A stretch of DNA of 64,000 nt. It comes from an uncultured Ectothiorhodospiraceae bacterium. Lineage in GTDB: Bacteria; Pseudomonadota; Gammaproteobacteria; UBA9214. Below, piece after piece: positions 61,745-64,000 of the stretch. The stretch spans positions 487 to 64,486 of the forward strand of contig CAMYMI010000013.1 in the NCBI GenBank assembly GCA_947259415.1, read 5' to 3'. The notes beneath the pieces are model-generated. The model was not told the origin of the DNA, did no database searches, and was given only the letters and a program-made list of their open reading frames with translations. Each line of letters opens with the position of its first letter. The first letter of the stretch is position 1. The position numbers were made by a program, and so were the translations under genes.

Positions 61745-62314
61745 TTATTGAAACGGAAACAGTTTCATTGGCTTGGCCATCTGATTCACATTGCCCCCCA
61801 TATAGCCCATGGTGACATTCATATCGGTGACCTGCCGGTTCAGAAGCTGTATGTTTGCTGCCATGTTGGCGACGTTGCCATTCATGGTATAAATTTGCTC
61901 GACCAGCGAGTGAACGTCACCACTCAGGTTCAGCAGGCTACCGTCCATGCTGACAACGGCAGCATTCATTGCCGGTATGACAGTGATGTTATCGTTGAGT
62001 GTGAGCATGGTCTTCTGCATGGTCCCCATGTCGTCAGCCATTGATTCCATGTCCGCCTGCATTGTCTGCATATAGCCTGACATATCCTCCATGTGAATAG
62101 TGACCAGAGAGAAATCCTTGGTCAGGATAAATATAAGATAGAACAGCGCCACACCCAGAATGGCCATACCCGTCATGCCGAAGCGTATGATCTGCGTGGT
62201 GCGTCGGCCGATGCGGATGCTCATCTGTTCCCGGTGTTGCATGCCCTCGCGGAATTCCTGCATGGAATTCTCCACGATCTCGGCCAGTGTCCTGGCGCTG
62301 TTAGTGTCCTCCAT
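61745..62314 (-). CDS. Single-pass membrane protein with a Met-rich (MxxM/MxM) extracytoplasmic domain
   Basis: One TM 'MAILGVALFYLIFIL'; then 'MEDMSGYMQTMQADMESMADDMGTMQKTM...MNGNVANMAANIQ...MNVTMGYMGGNVNQM'. Confidence 0.5.
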   Translation of the reverse strand: MEDTNSARTLAEIVENSMQEFREGMQHREQMSIRIGRRTTQIIRFGMTGMAILGVALFYLIFILTKDFSLVTIHMEDMSGYMQTMQADMESMADDMGTMQKTMLTLNDNITVIPAMNAAVVSMDGSLLNLSGDVHSLVEQIYTMNGNVANMAANIQLLNRQVTDMNVTMGYMGGNVNQMAKPMKLFPFQ

Positions 62315-62513
62315 GTACTACTCCTCTACAGCACGCTTTTTATTGCGGTAATGCCGGGCTGCTTGTTGTTGTTTTATATTCAATGAGCAGGCTGGTTAAT
62401 CAATCGCCCGCGTACGCCATATCGTTTTGTTCGGGTCCTGATTTTTTATATCTTTACTCATACGAAATATTTTACGGGTTGTATCAGTCTTTGCTCCTGG
62501 TTTTATGATTGAT

Positions 62514-62765
62514 CCCTCTCCCTGTCCCTCTCCCGGAAGGAGAGGGGACGTTTAGATTAGGCTCAATATATCCCCTTATACTCCCTCTCCCTGTCCCTCT
62601 CCCAGAAGGAGAGGGGACGGTCAGATTAAGCTCAATATATCTCCTTGTACTCCCTCTCCCTGTCCCTCTCCCGGAAGGAGAGGGGACGTTTAGATTAGGC
62701 TTAATATATCCCCTTATACTCCCTCTCCCTGTCCCTCTCCCAGAAGGAGAGGGGACGTTCTATTT
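62514..62765. repeat. Four tandem copies of an about 68-bp E-type REP unit
   Basis: 'tccctctccctgtccctctccc(g/a)gaaggagaggggacg..agatta.gct.aatatat.cccttatac' repeated head-to-tail. Confidence 0.8.
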
Positions 62766-62789
62766 ATGCTCGCTGCTATCTCGTTTACC

Positions 62790-62930
62790 CCCTCTCCCTT
62801 TGGGAGAGGGTTGGGGAGAGGGGGCCTCAATCAAATAACTGTGTATCTGCCCAAGTACCGCATCGATATCACCCAGTATTTCATGACTCCATAACCGCAT
62901 GTCTGTTGCATGGCCATCATCAGAGTCAGA
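62790..62930 (-). pseudogene. Truncated remnant of a second DUF559 endonuclease 3' end (tandem duplicate of the region 62957-63070)
   Basis: Encodes '...MRLWSHEILGDIDAVLGQIHSYLIEAPSPQPSPKGRGG', nearly identical to the C-terminus of the adjacent intact gene; about 100 bp of DNA duplicated including the REP palindrome. Confidence 0.6.
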
Positions 62931-62943
62931 GAGTTCCAAGTTG

Positions 62944-63318
62944 TTAAGCAATTTTACCCCCTCTCCCTTCGGGAGAGGGTTGGGGAGAGGGGGCTTCAAT
63001 CAAATAACTGTGTATCTGCCCAAGTACCGCATCGATATCACCCAGTATTTCGTTATTCCAGAATCGCATGACCTTATAATCCATAGATTCGAGAAACAGG
63101 CTTCTCTCTAAGTCTTCTTCTATCTGCTCCAGATGTTGTCCACCATCCACCTCGACTATCAATCTTACTTTCAGGCACAGAAAATCGACAATATAGGGTT
63201 CAATGACCACCTGACGCCGAAACTTGTAGCCTGCCATTCGATGAGCGCGTAAGTATTTCCATAGCGCATGCTCCGCATCAGTGGGCTGTTGGCGTAGCTT
63301 CCTTGCTAGCGATTTCAT
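62944..63318 (-). CDS. DUF559-family (Vsr-like PD-(D/E)xK) endonuclease-domain protein
   Basis: 'ARKLRQQPTDAEHALWKYLR...YKFRRQVVIEPYIVDFLCLKVRLIVEVDGGQH' is the DUF559 signature; the C-terminal 'EAPSPQPSPEGRGGKIA' is encoded by the REP palindrome. Confidence 0.75.
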   Translation of the reverse strand: MKSLARKLRQQPTDAEHALWKYLRAHRMAGYKFRRQVVIEPYIVDFLCLKVRLIVEVDGGQHLEQIEEDLERSLFLESMDYKVMRFWNNEILGDIDAVLGQIHSYLIEAPSPQPSPEGRGGKIA

Positions 63319-63319
63319 T

Positions 63320-63500
63320 TCTTATTACTCCCTCTCCCTGTCCCTCTCCCGTAGGGAGAGGGGACGGTCAGATTAAGCTCAATATATCCCCTTATACTCC
63401 CTTTCCCTGTCCCTCTCCCGGGGGAGAGGGGACGGTCAGATTAAGCTCAAAATACCCCCTTATACACCCTCTCCCTCAGGGAGAGGGTTGGGGAGAGGGG
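63320..63500. repeat. REP cluster (two E-type units plus a B-type palindrome)
   Basis: 'ctccctctccctgtccctctcccgtagggagaggggacggtcagattaagctcaatatat' x2, then 'ccctctccctcagggagagggttggggagagggg'. Confidence 0.75.
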
Positions 63501-63681
63501 ATTGAAAAAAGGCAATTGCCTGATTTGGATCCCCTCATCCTGGTCATTAACGGCCTCCTGCTTTCCGCGGCAATGTATAGGAAGTTCGTATGTCGCGAAT
63601 CCACATGAGTGTACAAATACAACCACATGTGCCTCCCTGTGCCTCGTCTTTCTCCCTGGAACTGATAGTTTCAGGGAGCCT

Positions 63682-63797
63682 CTGATTAATTGATTTGTGA
63701 CGTCATTGCGAGCACAGCGAAGCAATCTCTTGACAATACGATCAACGAGTTACAGATTGCTTCGTCGCTGCGCTCCTCGCAATGACAAATTAATCAG
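63682..63797. other. Long imperfect inverted repeat (arms about 30-45 bp, loop about 25 bp)
   Basis: 'ctgattaattgatttgtgacgtcattgcgagcacagcgaagcaatct' ... 'agattgcttcgtcgctgcgctcctcgcaatgacaaattaatcag'. Confidence 0.6.
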
Positions 63798-63816
63798 ACC
63801 TTCCTTAGCTATATGC

Positions 63817-64000
63817 TCACCCTAGCCTGTGGGTGGTCTTGAACAGCCGCGTGGCAAGGATCTCGTTCAGGTTTCTGAATACCTTGGTGGCGATGTAGGG
63901 GTAGCGTTTGCTGAGCCGCTCGAGGTTGCTCTGGGTCAGCGACAGCAGGCGGCTGTCCTCGGTGGCATCGACATCGGCGGTGCGTTTTTCATAGAACAGC
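63817..64000 (-). CDS. 3' end of a gene encoding a cNMP-binding-domain-like C-terminus (partial, continues beyond the window)
   Basis: 'LFYEKRTADVDATEDSRLLSLTQSNLERLSKRYPYIATKVFRNLNEILATRLFKTT' resembles the C-terminal helix region of cyclic-nucleotide-binding domains. Confidence 0.4.
   Translation of the reverse strand, partial: LFYEKRTADVDATEDSRLLSLTQSNLERLSKRYPYIATKVFRNLNEILATRLFKTTHRLG

Noticed and set aside
62509-62838. 109-aa ORF 'PLPVPLPEGEGT...' and similar ORFs (62760-62999, 55973-56392, 56400-56705)
   Set aside because: These are translations of tandem REP units, giving periodic Pro/Leu/Glu/Gly repeats with no start context. Only the terminal tail of the DUF559 gene is credibly REP-encoded.

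Overview
GC-rich (about 60-65% GC) bacterial chromosomal window. From the gene content (exonuclease I, Mla lipid-asymmetry genes, pyruvate kinase, phosphoglucomutase, cytochrome c-prime, a YeeE/YedE sulfur-compound transporter) I infer a gammaproteobacterium-like, possibly sulfur-oxidising or chemolithotrophic organism. The window is a mosaic of housekeeping genes (sbcB, pgm, pyk, mlaEDAC/mlaF, CPA2 antiporter), respiratory and redox genes (diheme cytochrome c, cytochrome c-prime, small cytochrome c lipoprotein, ACR3 arsenite pump, a RquA-like methyltransferase), decayed mobile-element and gene remnants (IS30 and IS91 transposase fragments, a frameshifted norD/cbbO-like VWA fragment) and low-GC islands. 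The second half (about 35-64 kb) is punctuated by at least six clusters of one family of palindromic REP/BIME-like repeats (core CCCTCTCCC-N3-5-GGGAGAGGG). It is also unusually dense in cyclic-nucleotide signalling genes: two class III cyclases (GAF-GAF-PAS-cyclase; CHASE2-cyclase), an MBL-fold hydrolase, a Crp/Fnr regulator, three cNMP-binding-domain ORFs and a TLC/HEAT transporter. The most notable candidate system is a conserved-looking but, to my knowledge, functionally uncharacterised module. It comprises a two-partner secretion pair (TPS-domain exoprotein plus ShlB/FhaC-type TpsB), an exported CHAT-protease/TPR protein, a CHASE2-sensor nucleotide cyclase, a DUF928 protein and a secreted Cys-rich RTX-repeat protein (41.1-54.3 kb), directly followed by a Crp-family regulator. 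A second unusual arrangement is a complete partner-switching module (GAF-PP2C phosphatase, RsbW-type kinase, phosphorylatable STAS protein) fused upstream of mlaEDAC, with no canonical mlaB and mlaF displaced to the opposite strand. No rRNA, intact tRNA or CRISPR array was found. All coordinates follow the supplied ORF track where the two disagreed with hand counting.
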